Assembly: GCA_025062375.1 (NCBI GenBank)
Contig: JANXAG010000006.1
Span: 9,956 to 73,955, forward strand
Length of the DNA: 64,000 nt
Source: Anaerolineae bacterium
GTDB lineage: Bacteria; Chloroflexota; Anaerolineae; SpSt-600
Direction: 5' to 3'
This document shows, piece after piece, positions 27,532 to 36,883 of the stretch (within the stretch, counting starts at the first letter, position 1; each line of letters starts with the position of its first letter). Under the pieces are notes generated by a model. It was given only the letters and a program-made list of their open reading frames with translations, was not told the DNA's origin and searched no databases. Made by a program: the position numbers and the translations under genes.

Positions 27532-28720
27532 GCTTCCCTCCCGCTCCAAATTGCTATTTACTCTACTGCTCGCCTTTATTTTAGCATTAAATGTGACTTT
27601 TACCCAACGTATCTTTACTTCTCGTTTTCCCGGAGCTAACGATTTTTTCTCCCGCTGGGAGGGAGCGAGGGTTTTCTGGCAAGAAGGGCTCAGCCCCTAT
27701 TCCCAGGAAGCCACTCTCTCCATTCAGAGGGGAATCTACGGCAGACCAGCATACCCCTATGAAGATCAGGGCCTGTTCGTTTACCCATTTTATACCGTTT
27801 TCTTTCTTTTCCCGTTAGTATGGTTCCCCTATTCTTGGGTTCAAGCCTTCTGGATGGTGCTTCTGGAATTTTTGTTGCTGACAGGATTTTGGCTTTGTAT
27901 TGATCTGTTCCGGTGGCGTCCTCCCTTGACTCTTCTGGCCCTGACCGGCCTATGGACCATTCTTTTTTACTATCACGCCAGAGCCATAATCCTGGGTCAG
28001 TTTGCTGTGGTGGTTTTCTTTTTCCTGGCTCTTTCCCTTTGGGCTTTAAGTAAGCGCAAGGACTTCTTAGCTGGTGCCTCGCTGGCCCTTACTACTTTTA
28101 AGCCCCAGATGGTTTTCCTGGCTATCCCCTTTCTCCTCCTGTGGTCTGGCTATAAGAAGCGGTGGAGTGTAATTAAAGGTTTCACCGGGGTTATGGCCTT
28201 GCTCTTAGGACTTTCCTGGATTGCGGAACCCCACTGGTTCCAGGGATTTTTAAGCCAGGTCAGAGCTTACCCGGCTTATACGATTTTTGGCTCACCGCTC
28301 TGGATTTTAACTTCTTATTACTTTCCCGCCCTCGGAAAACCAGTTGAAGTCATTCTAACCCTGGCATTGCTTATCCTTCTGGGTTACTTCTGGGCCTTAG
28401 TTCTCAAAACTGAAAACGAATTTGTTTTCCATCAGGCCTTTGGCCTCACCCTCGTGGTGACTAATTTGATAGCTCCTCGCACTGCCACCACTAATTATGT
28501 CGTTTTCCTCATCCCCATCTGCTTTCTCTTTTCTCTTACGCGCCGTCACCTTTGGATTGCCCTGGGGGAAATTTTGAGCCTTCCGGCTTTCTGGGCTCTT
28601 TTTATCCTGACGGTGAAGGGAGATTTTGAACAGCCTCCTATGTATATCCCTCCGCCTTTCATCCTCCTGGCGGCTCTTCTGATTCAAAGCAGCCGCTTTC
28701 GCATGGCTTTCAGGATTTAA
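27455..28720 (+). CDS. GT-C fold polytopic glycosyltransferase (GT87/DUF2029-like); true start probably near 27551
   Basis: NDF..RW, F.YP, GQ, KPQ motifs and many TM helices; the first ~30 codons overlap the divergent cas4-like gene. Confidence 0.75.
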   Translation: MAFFFKVTRARIPRASNNSESPKRSTLPSRSKLLFTLLLAFILALNVTFTQRIFTSRFPGANDFFSRWEGARVFWQEGLSPYSQEATLSIQRGIYGRPAYPYEDQGLFVYPFYTVFFLFPLVWFPYSWVQAFWMVLLEFLLLTGFWLCIDLFRWRPPLTLLALTGLWTILFYYHARAIILGQFAVVVFFFLALSLWALSKRKDFLAGASLALTTFKPQMVFLAIPFLLLWSGYKKRWSVIKGFTGVMALLLGLSWIAEPHWFQGFLSQVRAYPAYTIFGSPLWILTSYYFPALGKPVEVILTLALLILLGYFWALVLKTENEFVFHQAFGLTLVVTNLIAPRTATTNYVVFLIPICFLFSLTRRHLWIALGEILSLPAFWALFILTVKGDFEQPPMYIPPPFILLAALLIQSSRFRMAFRI

Positions 28721-28756
28721 CCCCTGATCCTGACTTCCCGTGGCGGAAGAGGTCAT

Positions 28757-29833
28757 TTACTCCAGACTCCGCCTCACGTTCAGGGAAGCAATCGTGAGGA
28801 TCACTATGCCCAGCAGTAAAAGCGTTAAAATTCTGGGCCAAAGCTCAAAGAAGCCGGCCCCTTTCAGCATTATGCTGCGTATTATAAAAAGGTAATGCTG
28901 AAGAGGGACGAAAAAGGCTATAATCCTGAGGTGGGTGGGCAGGTTTTTAATGGGGACGATAAATCCTGAAAAGGCTACATCTACCATAACCTGGATGAAA
29001 ACGAAGAGGATGGCTTGTTGAGGATTGCGAGCCAGAGTTGATAGAGCAAGTCCCCATCCTGATTCTACCACTAAGAATAAGGCGGTAATAGCACCCAGCA
29101 GGGCTAAAGATCCCCTGAAGGGGACTCCATAAACTTTTGTAGCCAAAAGCAATAACAGCCAGAAGTTTACAAAGCCAGCCAGGAAAGCCACGAGTCCCTT
29201 GCCCAATATTATTTCTTCCCGACGCAGAGGACTTACCATAAGCTGTTCTATCGTACCCATCTCCCGTTCTCTCACAAGGCTGAGGGAGGCTATGGCAATG
29301 GTTATCTGATAGACGATAAAGCCCACCATAGCTGGCAAAGTGAAATGACGAACATCGTAAGTAGGGTTGAAAAGTATGCGGGTTTCCAGTTTTACTTTGT
29401 CTTCGGCTCTGATTCCGGTTTCCCGCAATTTACCGCTGGAGAAGGCATCAATTGCTTCATAGAGCCCTGAAAGTCCTAAGGATGCCGGAGTAACTGAGGA
29501 GCCATCCAGGAGAACGTAGATTTCAAATTCGCGCGATATTATAAGCCCCAAAGTAGCTTCACCCCTGGAAATTAGTTCCTCAAGCTTTTCCTGGCTTTCG
29601 GGATAAAAGACCACTTTGAGCCTGTGGGTTTCGTCAATTACCTTTACAAGTTCCCGGCTTGCCTTTGATTTATGTAGGTCCAGAACTGCTACGGGGATAT
29701 CTTTTATCTCCCTACCGGTGGCTCTGGTCATCAAGGCGAACTCGAACATAGGGATAAGGAGGATGAAAAAGGTAAGGAGGATGTTGCGGCGCAGCTGTAT
29801 AAATTCCTTCCAAATAAGGCTCACAATCCCCAT
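28757..29833 (-). CDS. ABC-2 type transporter permease (YbhR-like)
   Basis: KEFIQLRR, VLDL.KS..SR, REREMGTIEQLMVSPL, FSGFIVPI. Confidence 0.9.
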   Translation of the reverse strand: MGIVSLIWKEFIQLRRNILLTFFILLIPMFEFALMTRATGREIKDIPVAVLDLHKSKASRELVKVIDETHRLKVVFYPESQEKLEELISRGEATLGLIISREFEIYVLLDGSSVTPASLGLSGLYEAIDAFSSGKLRETGIRAEDKVKLETRILFNPTYDVRHFTLPAMVGFIVYQITIAIASLSLVREREMGTIEQLMVSPLRREEIILGKGLVAFLAGFVNFWLLLLLATKVYGVPFRGSLALLGAITALFLVVESGWGLALSTLARNPQQAILFVFIQVMVDVAFSGFIVPIKNLPTHLRIIAFFVPLQHYLFIIRSIMLKGAGFFELWPRILTLLLLGIVILTIASLNVRRSLE

Positions 29834-29835
29834 AT

Positions 29836-30948
29836 TTAACCGACCCTCTTCCGGAAGGAAGCGAAGCCAAGGCCGATAGAGATAAAACCAATAATCGCTA
29901 ACATCAGGGCTGGTTCTATTAGTTGAGCGATTCCAAGCCCTTTAAGCATTACGCCTCTGCACACTTTTATGAAGTGAGTTGTGCACAGAGCATAGGAGGC
30001 CAGAAGATCAAGGGGCGATTCTTCTCTGAGCGGTAGCACAAGGCCAGCTATGAAGAAACTGGGCACTATGAAGTAAAGGAGGGTTAAAAACATGGTAGAC
30101 TGCTGGTTTTTCACGCTCTGACCGATGAACAGCCCTACCCCCATGCTGGCCAGAAGGAAATCGAGACTTAATAGAAGAAAAGCCCAGACGCTTCCTCTGA
30201 AGGGGACTTTGAACCAGAAGGTAGCTACTCCGAGGGTTATAAAGGCACTTACAAGGCCCACCCCTAAATAGGCTGATAGTTTGCCCAAAAGATATTCCAT
30301 ACCCCGTATAGGGGAAGCAATCAACGCCTCGAAAGTTCCTGTTTCCCACTCCCTGGACAGGGACAAAGCCAGAGCCATGGCTGGCAACGTGAGGACAATA
30401 GCCATAAGCCCGGGTATGAGGGAAATCTGGGAATCAAGGCCGGGATTATAGCGTGCACGATAGAGAAGCTGCAGAGGAGGAGCAGAAACGGGAGGTGCAG
30501 GGGCTATTTCCTGCCCATACGCCTTTACCATCGCCTGAAGGTCGTAAAAAGTGCCTATAGCCTCAATTGGATCCATCCCATCCACCAGGGCCTGCACGGT
30601 AACCATTTCGCCCCTTTCCAGCTGCGAGGCAAACCCTGACCCTATCACGAAGATCACGTCCAGAGTGCCATTGCGCAAAAGTTCATGAGCTTCCCGATAG
30701 CTCCACACATGGCCTCTGTACTGGTATCCCCTCGTGGCGGATATCCTCTGGATAAATTGCCGCGAAAGCTCCGTCTGATCCAGATCCATTACCCCGAAAT
30801 TTACGTTTTTCACTTCCAGGCCGAAGATAGAGCTCATTATCACCAGCAAAAATGGAGGGGAAATTATAACGAGGAGAATGGTCCTTATGTCCCTGCTTAT
30901 GTGTTTAAGCTCTTTGAGGGAAATGGCCCAGAATCGCTTCAGGCTCAT
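29836..30948 (-). CDS. ABC-2 type transporter permease (YbhS-like)
   Basis: KELKHI.RD, DLDQT..SR, YNP, REWETGTFEALIASP. Confidence 0.9.
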   Translation of the reverse strand: MSLKRFWAISLKELKHISRDIRTILLVIISPPFLLVIMSSIFGLEVKNVNFGVMDLDQTELSRQFIQRISATRGYQYRGHVWSYREAHELLRNGTLDVIFVIGSGFASQLERGEMVTVQALVDGMDPIEAIGTFYDLQAMVKAYGQEIAPAPPVSAPPLQLLYRARYNPGLDSQISLIPGLMAIVLTLPAMALALSLSREWETGTFEALIASPIRGMEYLLGKLSAYLGVGLVSAFITLGVATFWFKVPFRGSVWAFLLLSLDFLLASMGVGLFIGQSVKNQQSTMFLTLLYFIVPSFFIAGLVLPLREESPLDLLASYALCTTHFIKVCRGVMLKGLGIAQLIEPALMLAIIGFISIGLGFASFRKRVG

Positions 30949-30954
30949 AGCTTT

Positions 30955-30982
30955 ATTATACCCCCGATTTGTCCTTTGTCCA
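30955..30982 (-). promoter_or_regulatory. Promoter placing the TSS at or near the ATG (leaderless) of the ABC permease pair
   Basis: TGGACA-16 nt-TATAAT-6 nt-ATG, no SD. Confidence 0.55.
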
Positions 30983-31011
30983 GATTGGTCGGGGTTCAGA
31001 GGAGGGTTGTG

Positions 31012-31130
31012 ACAGGTGCTCTACGAGCCTAGCTGGCTTCATCCTCAGGATGCCATAGGGAGCGGAGGAAAGCCTGATAGCCGCCGCTCATCCGAGATTT
31101 CAGAGGACGCGATCCAGGTCGCTAGCCTGT
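31012..31130. ncRNA. Candidate rod-shaped structured RNA, unassigned
   Basis: Six nested complementary segments (see findings); not matched to a known family. Confidence 0.3.
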
Positions 31131-31184
31131 GCCATTTTTCGGCAAATCTTGCCATAATTTTACTGGCGATTGGTGTCCTGACGG

Positions 31185-31213
31185 TTGACTTCAGTTAACC
31201 CTCAAGATATAAT
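31185..31213 (+). promoter_or_regulatory. Sigma70-type promoter of the mutL operon
   Basis: TTGACT-17 nt-TATAAT. Confidence 0.7.
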
Positions 31214-31226
31214 TTCCCCAAAAGCC

Positions 31227-32858
31227 ATGCCCATAAGAATTCTTCCCCAAGAGGTAATATCCCGTATAGCTGCGGGGGAGGTCATTGAGAGGCCAGCTTC
31301 AGTGGTGAAGGAGCTGGTGGAGAATTCTATTGATGCTGGAGCTTTGGCCATAAGCATTGAAATAAGGGACGGGGGCCTCTCCCTCATTCGGGTTGCCGAT
31401 AATGGCTCGGGGATACCGAGGGAGGATGCCCCTCTTCTGCTGGAAAGGTTTGCCACCAGTAAGATTTCCTCTCCGGAAGATCTCCAGGCCATCAGGACCC
31501 TGGGTTTCAGGGGGGAGGCTTTAGCCAGCATTGCTGCTGTATCCAAGGTTGAAATCCTCACCAGAGCAAAGGGTGAGGAGGTGGGGACGAGAATTAGAGC
31601 TGAAGACGGTGTTAAGACTATAGAGACAGCCGCCAGCCCTCAGGGAACCCAGGTCACTGTGCGGAATTTGTTCTACAATCTTCCAGCCAGAAGGAAATTC
31701 CTTAAATCCCATTTCCGTGAAGCTGAACTCGTCCGCACCACTGTTATCCGTTACGCTCTTTCTTATCCCCATATTGCTTTCAGGTTTACAGTTGACGGGA
31801 AAGAACGCTTTCTCGCCCCCAGCGCCAGGCCTCTGGAAAGGATAGCTCAGGCTCTAGGCAGGGATGTGGCTTCAGAGATGGTGGGGATAGACTGGGAAGG
31901 AGGGGATATCAAGGTGAAGGGTTTCATAAGCCGGCCTGCGCTGGGGAAGAGCGGACGGGATTGGCAGTTCTTCTTTATCAACGGTAGGCCTGTGAGAGCT
32001 GGGCTCCTGGCTGTAGTCCTGGAAAGACCTTACACTGGAAAGATTGCCCCCGGAAGAAGGCCTGTGGCCGTTATCTGGATTGAGGTGAACCCCAGCTTTG
32101 TGGATGTGAACATTCACCCCCGTAAGGCTGAAGTTCGCCTCGCCCAGGAAAGAGCCGTCTACTATGCTTTGGGTAAAGCTGTGGAAGAAGCTTTGAGCGC
32201 TTTCCCCCATAGGGAAGAATGTGCTCCAGTGGCATGGCCCTTTGAGGGGGTGTCTTACCTTCCGGCTGTGAAGGAGGTGAGGGAGGAATACTTCACCCCA
32301 TCCTTTTCAATCCTTGGCCAAGTTGATTATACTTACATCCTGGCCTGGAGTTCAGAAGGGTTGATGGTGGTGGACCAGCATGCTGCCCATGAGCAGGTGC
32401 TCTTTGAAAAAATCCTGGAAGGGAAAGAGCGGTATCCCTTAGAGCCACCTTCGTATTTGGAGCTCCCTCTACCTGAGGCAGAACTTTTGGAAGAGCGCCT
32501 CGGGATTCTGCAGGAACTTGGCTTAGAAGCGGAGCCTTTTGGCAGAGGTGCTTTTGTTATCCGGGCAGCCCCTTTCCCATTATCATCGACTCTTTTACCA
32601 GAGCTTATGGAAAAAATCGTGGAAGAAATCCGGGAAACCAGTCGGCTTTCTGAAGAGGAGGTGCGGGAAAGATTGGCTTTGCGAATGGCTTGCCTGGCCG
32701 CTGTGAAGAAAGGCGATATACTTACTGCCGAAAGAATGCAGGAAATCGTTAATGAATTTTTCAACTCCTGGTCTCCATCCACCTGTCCCCACGGCCGGCC
32801 AGCTTTTTTCCTCCTGAGCCGGGAGGAAATAGAGCGAAGGTTCCTGCGAGGAAGATAG
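31227..32858 (+). CDS. mutL: DNA mismatch repair endonuclease MutL (short linker)
   Basis: IAAGEVIERPASVVKELVENSIDAGA, GFRGEALASI, DVNIHP.K.EV, DQHAAHE, CPHGRP. Confidence 0.96.
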   Translation: MPIRILPQEVISRIAAGEVIERPASVVKELVENSIDAGALAISIEIRDGGLSLIRVADNGSGIPREDAPLLLERFATSKISSPEDLQAIRTLGFRGEALASIAAVSKVEILTRAKGEEVGTRIRAEDGVKTIETAASPQGTQVTVRNLFYNLPARRKFLKSHFREAELVRTTVIRYALSYPHIAFRFTVDGKERFLAPSARPLERIAQALGRDVASEMVGIDWEGGDIKVKGFISRPALGKSGRDWQFFFINGRPVRAGLLAVVLERPYTGKIAPGRRPVAVIWIEVNPSFVDVNIHPRKAEVRLAQERAVYYALGKAVEEALSAFPHREECAPVAWPFEGVSYLPAVKEVREEYFTPSFSILGQVDYTYILAWSSEGLMVVDQHAAHEQVLFEKILEGKERYPLEPPSYLELPLPEAELLEERLGILQELGLEAEPFGRGAFVIRAAPFPLSSTLLPELMEKIVEEIRETSRLSEEEVRERLALRMACLAAVKKGDILTAERMQEIVNEFFNSWSPSTCPHGRPAFFLLSREEIERRFLRGR

Positions 32859-32868
32859 TACCGGGAGG

Positions 32869-34299
32869 GTGAAAATGAGGGTACTTTTTATTACAAGGCA
32901 TGCCGATTATATTCCTTTTGGGCTTACGCATCTTTCCAGCATCCTTAAGAGAGAAGGACATCAGGTGGATCTGGTCATTGCTACTCATCAGGACCCCATC
33001 CAGGCGGCTAAGGAGTTTAAGCCGCAAATTGTGGGTTACACCATCTATACAGGCCTTCACCGCTATTACCTTGAACTCAACAAAGCCATAAAGGAGGCAC
33101 TGGGTGGTAAAGTCCTCTCAGTTTTCGGGGGGCCCCATGCCACTTTCTTCCCCGAGGTGATTGAAGAGGAGGGCGTGGATGGAGTATGCATCGGGGAAGG
33201 GGAAGAGGCCATGGTGGATCTGGCCAATGCTCTGGAAGGAGGTTCAGATTACCTTTCAATTCCCAACTGGTGGTTCAAAAGGGATGGAGAGATAATCCGC
33301 AATCCCCTGAGGCCTCTGCTTGAAGATCTGGATTCTTTACCCTTTCCAGACCGCGAGCTTTTCTATTCCAAAGATGCTTTCAGTCGGGAGAGCGGGCTCA
33401 AGCATTTTATCTCCAGCCGTGGCTGTCCATACCGTTGTAGCTACTGTTACAATCAGGCTTTCAATGAGATATACCGCGGGCTGGGGAAAATCGTGCGGCA
33501 CAGAAGTGTGGAAAACGTTCTGGAGGAACTCAGGTGGGTGAGAAGCAAATACCCCCTGCGGTTCGTGGTGTTCCTCGATGACCTTTTCATCTGGCCTCTG
33601 AAATGGGTGGAGGAATTTGCCGAGAAGTATCCGCGAGCGATAGGTTTACCCTTCTTCTGCAACGTGCGGCCGAACCTGGTGAGCAGGGAATTGGTGAGGC
33701 TTCTAAAGGAGGCCGGATGTCACAGCGTGGGAATGGGAGTGGAAACCGGCGATGAGGAGGTCAGGAGGAAACTCCTCAATAGAGATGTAAGCCAGGAACA
33801 AATTCTGGAAGCAGCTCGTCTTATCAAAGAAGCAGGTTTGAGGCTCATAACGACCAATATGATAGGACTTCCTGGTGGCTCTCTGGAGATAGACTTCAAG
33901 ACTCTGGAGCTCAATATTGCCTGCCGGCCCGATTATGCCAACGTTTTCCTTTACCAGCCCTATCCCAGGACAGCCCTCGGGGAGTACGCGAGGGAACACG
34001 GCTTATTGGATGGTTTCTACGATGATATAGGACCGTCTGCCTGGGATCATTCCATAATCAAGTTTTCAAAAGGGGAAAAAAGGCAGATTGAGAACTTCTC
34101 TAAGCTTTTCGCCCTGGTGGTGGAGTGGCCTTTCCTGAAGCCGCTGGTGAGGTTACTTATCCGACTGCCGCCAAACCCTCTTTTCCGGCTTGTATACAAG
34201 CTCTGGAAGGGCTACACGATAAAGGCTAGGATTCATCCTTATCCAATCTCTCCAAGGGAGTTCTGGCAAACAGTCAGGCATTTCCTGAGGATGTATTGA
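32869..34299 (+). CDS. B12-binding domain radical SAM protein
   Basis: GGPHAT, GEGE in cobalamin-binding domain; SRGCPYRCSYC; DD.F; MGVETG. Confidence 0.92.
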   Translation: MKMRVLFITRHADYIPFGLTHLSSILKREGHQVDLVIATHQDPIQAAKEFKPQIVGYTIYTGLHRYYLELNKAIKEALGGKVLSVFGGPHATFFPEVIEEEGVDGVCIGEGEEAMVDLANALEGGSDYLSIPNWWFKRDGEIIRNPLRPLLEDLDSLPFPDRELFYSKDAFSRESGLKHFISSRGCPYRCSYCYNQAFNEIYRGLGKIVRHRSVENVLEELRWVRSKYPLRFVVFLDDLFIWPLKWVEEFAEKYPRAIGLPFFCNVRPNLVSRELVRLLKEAGCHSVGMGVETGDEEVRRKLLNRDVSQEQILEAARLIKEAGLRLITTNMIGLPGGSLEIDFKTLELNIACRPDYANVFLYQPYPRTALGEYAREHGLLDGFYDDIGPSAWDHSIIKFSKGEKRQIENFSKLFALVVEWPFLKPLVRLLIRLPPNPLFRLVYKLWKGYTIKARIHPYPISPREFWQTVRHFLRMY

Positions 34300-34300
34300 A

Positions 34301-36859
34301 ATGAAGGGGAAAAAAGAGCGAGAGCCGTACGCTTTCCTTTTGTGGGCTTTAATAGTTTCTTTCCTGGTTTCAAGCCTTTTCATTTCGGTGGGAGCCGCAG
34401 GGGCGGTTTTAGTTTACGCCTATGTTGCCCCGCAGCTTCCCCCACCGGAAGAGCTGGCCCAAAGAGCTGTGGCTTTCTCCAGTTCTAAGATTTACGATCG
34501 GGAAGGCCGCCTCCTCTACGAAGTAATCCCGCCAGGAGGAGGTAGGAGAACGGTAGTACCCCTGAGTTCTATATCCCCCTACCTTATAATGGCCACTGTC
34601 GCTACCGAAGATGCCCGCTTCTTCCAGCACAGGGGGGTCGACCCTCTCGCTATCCTGAGAGCTCTCTGGCAGGATATTAGGGCAGGTAAAGCAGTATCTG
34701 GAGCCAGCACGATACCTCAGCAACTTGTCCGGAACCTACTCCTCCCTCCTGAGGAGAAAAGCCAGCGAACTTTGAAACGCAAGATAAAAGAGGCAATTCT
34801 TGCGGCAGAAATATCCCGCCGCTATTCCAAGGAGACCATCCTGGAACTTTATCTGAATGAGATTTATTACGGCAACATGGCCTATGGGGCCGAAGCCGCT
34901 GCCCAAACTTACTTCGGAAAGAGCGCTTCTGAGCTCACCCTCGCCGAGGCCTCCTTCCTGGCCGGATTACCCCAAGCTCCGGCCACTTACGACCCCTACA
35001 CTAACTTCAAAGCCGCCAAGGCCAGGCAGGCGGATGTCCTGCGGCTCATGGTTGAGGCGGGTTACATAACTCCGGAGGAAGCCGAGAAGGCTTATCAGGA
35101 GGAACTTAAATTAGTTCCACCGCGCTTTGAAATGAGAGCACCCCACTTTGTAATGTACGTCCGTCAGCTCCTGGAACAACGCTATGGACCAGAAGTGCTC
35201 TACAGAGCTGGCCTCAGGGTTTACACCACTCTTGACCTGCTCCTCCAGGAAATGGCCCAGGAAATCGTAAAGAGGCAGGTGGAAAAAATCAAAGAGAGAA
35301 AGGTGACCAATGGAGCTCTGCTGGCCATAAAGCCACAGACCGGGGAAATCCTGGTTATGGTAGGAAGCGCCGATTTCTACGACGAAAAAATCAGTGGGCA
35401 GGTTAACATGGCTTTAGCTCCCCGTCAGCCAGGCTCAGCCATAAAGCCTATCACTTATTTGGCCGCTTTTGAAAAAGGCTGGACCCCCGCTACGGTGATC
35501 TGGGATGTTCCAGTAGAGTTCCCCGATGGCTATAAGCCCACCAATTACGACAACCGCTTCCATGGTCCCGTTACGGTGAGGGTTGCCCTCGGAAGTTCCT
35601 ACAATATACCCGCTGTAAAAGCTCTGCAGTTTGTTGGGATCCCTTCTTTCCTGGAGATGGCCCGACGCCTCGGTATTACTTCTTTCACCAGGTCCGATTA
35701 CGGCCTTTCCATAACCCTCGGTGGGGGGGAAGTGAGCCTACTGGAACTCACCGCCGCCTACGCCGTTATAGCCAATGGTGGCAGGAGAGTCCCGCCGGTG
35801 GCCATCCTCCGGATAGAAGATGCTGCTGGTAGAGTTCTGGAGGAGTACACCCCACCACCCGGAGACCAGGTTATCTCCCCTCAACATGCTTACCTTATAA
35901 CTCACATCCTGGCCGATAACTGGGCCAGGACCCCTACTTTCGGCCCTAACAGCGTGTTGAAGCTTTCAAGACCTGCTGCTGTCAAAACCGGCACAACAGA
36001 CGACTGGCGTGATGGCTGGACTATAGGCTATACACCGGACCTGGTAGTAGGAGTGTGGGTGGGGAATGCCGATAATTCTCCAACCAAGAGGGTTCCGGGT
36101 GTGAGGGGAGCCGGCCCTATCTGGCGTGAATTTATGGAAAAAGCCCTTGCCAATGTTCCACCGAAGGATTTCCATCGCCCCCCAGGGATTGTGGAAGCAG
36201 AAATATGCGCTAAATCGGGGGCAAAGCCTTCTGAATATTGTCCCGAGAGAAGGATGGAACTTTTCGTAGCCGGGACAGAACCCAATGATCCGTCAAAAGA
36301 TTTCTATCAGAAAGTTCGGATAGACAGGCTCACCGGAAAGCTCGCCACCGAATATTGCCCTCCCCATCTGGTGGAGGAACGCATCTATGAAGTTTACCCT
36401 CCAGAAGGGGAATGGTGGGCTCTGCAACACAACATACCTCAGCCTCCCAAGGAATACTGCCCCCTCCATACATTTTCACCCGAGGTCAGGATTGATTACC
36501 CCCTGGAAGGGCAAACACTCCAGGGCTTGATTGAGATCAGGGGTACGGTTAAGGTTCCGGATTTCTCCCACTACATAGTGGAGTATGGGCTTGGCCCTGA
36601 CCCGGCGCGGTGGACGGCAATTGCTGGGCCGGTGTGGGTAATGGTAGAAAATGGCCTCCTGGCCCTATGGGATTCTTCGCTTGTGGAAAATGGATTTTAC
36701 ACTGTGAGGATTGTAGCCTTTGACCGTCTGGGCAATTTCTGGGAAGCCCGGGTGTGGCTTACGGTCTTCAATCTAGTACCCACCCCAACTCCAACCCCAA
36801 CACCCGAGCCTACCCCAGTTCCTGCTTCTCCCACTCCTGCTGCGACCCCCGAACATTAA
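34301..36859 (+). CDS. Class A penicillin-binding protein (PBP1A) with C-terminal Ig-like domain and PT tail
   Basis: TEDARF..H.G.D, GASTIPQQLVRN, RK.KE, YLNEIYYG; GSAIKP (SxxK), SYN, KTGT. Confidence 0.95.
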   Translation: MKGKKEREPYAFLLWALIVSFLVSSLFISVGAAGAVLVYAYVAPQLPPPEELAQRAVAFSSSKIYDREGRLLYEVIPPGGGRRTVVPLSSISPYLIMATVATEDARFFQHRGVDPLAILRALWQDIRAGKAVSGASTIPQQLVRNLLLPPEEKSQRTLKRKIKEAILAAEISRRYSKETILELYLNEIYYGNMAYGAEAAAQTYFGKSASELTLAEASFLAGLPQAPATYDPYTNFKAAKARQADVLRLMVEAGYITPEEAEKAYQEELKLVPPRFEMRAPHFVMYVRQLLEQRYGPEVLYRAGLRVYTTLDLLLQEMAQEIVKRQVEKIKERKVTNGALLAIKPQTGEILVMVGSADFYDEKISGQVNMALAPRQPGSAIKPITYLAAFEKGWTPATVIWDVPVEFPDGYKPTNYDNRFHGPVTVRVALGSSYNIPAVKALQFVGIPSFLEMARRLGITSFTRSDYGLSITLGGGEVSLLELTAAYAVIANGGRRVPPVAILRIEDAAGRVLEEYTPPPGDQVISPQHAYLITHILADNWARTPTFGPNSVLKLSRPAAVKTGTTDDWRDGWTIGYTPDLVVGVWVGNADNSPTKRVPGVRGAGPIWREFMEKALANVPPKDFHRPPGIVEAEICAKSGAKPSEYCPERRMELFVAGTEPNDPSKDFYQKVRIDRLTGKLATEYCPPHLVEERIYEVYPPEGEWWALQHNIPQPPKEYCPLHTFSPEVRIDYPLEGQTLQGLIEIRGTVKVPDFSHYIVEYGLGPDPARWTAIAGPVWVMVENGLLALWDSSLVENGFYTVRIVAFDRLGNFWEARVWLTVFNLVPTPTPTPTPEPTPVPASPTPAATPEH

Positions 36860-36883
36860 ACTTCTAAAGGAGGTCAGGTAAGT

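Noticed and set aside
31020-31080. c-di-AMP (ydaO) riboswitch or RNase P similarity (CAGCTAGGCTCGTA; GAGGAAAGCC)
   Set aside because: The matching fragments are on opposite strands and the other conserved cores are missing
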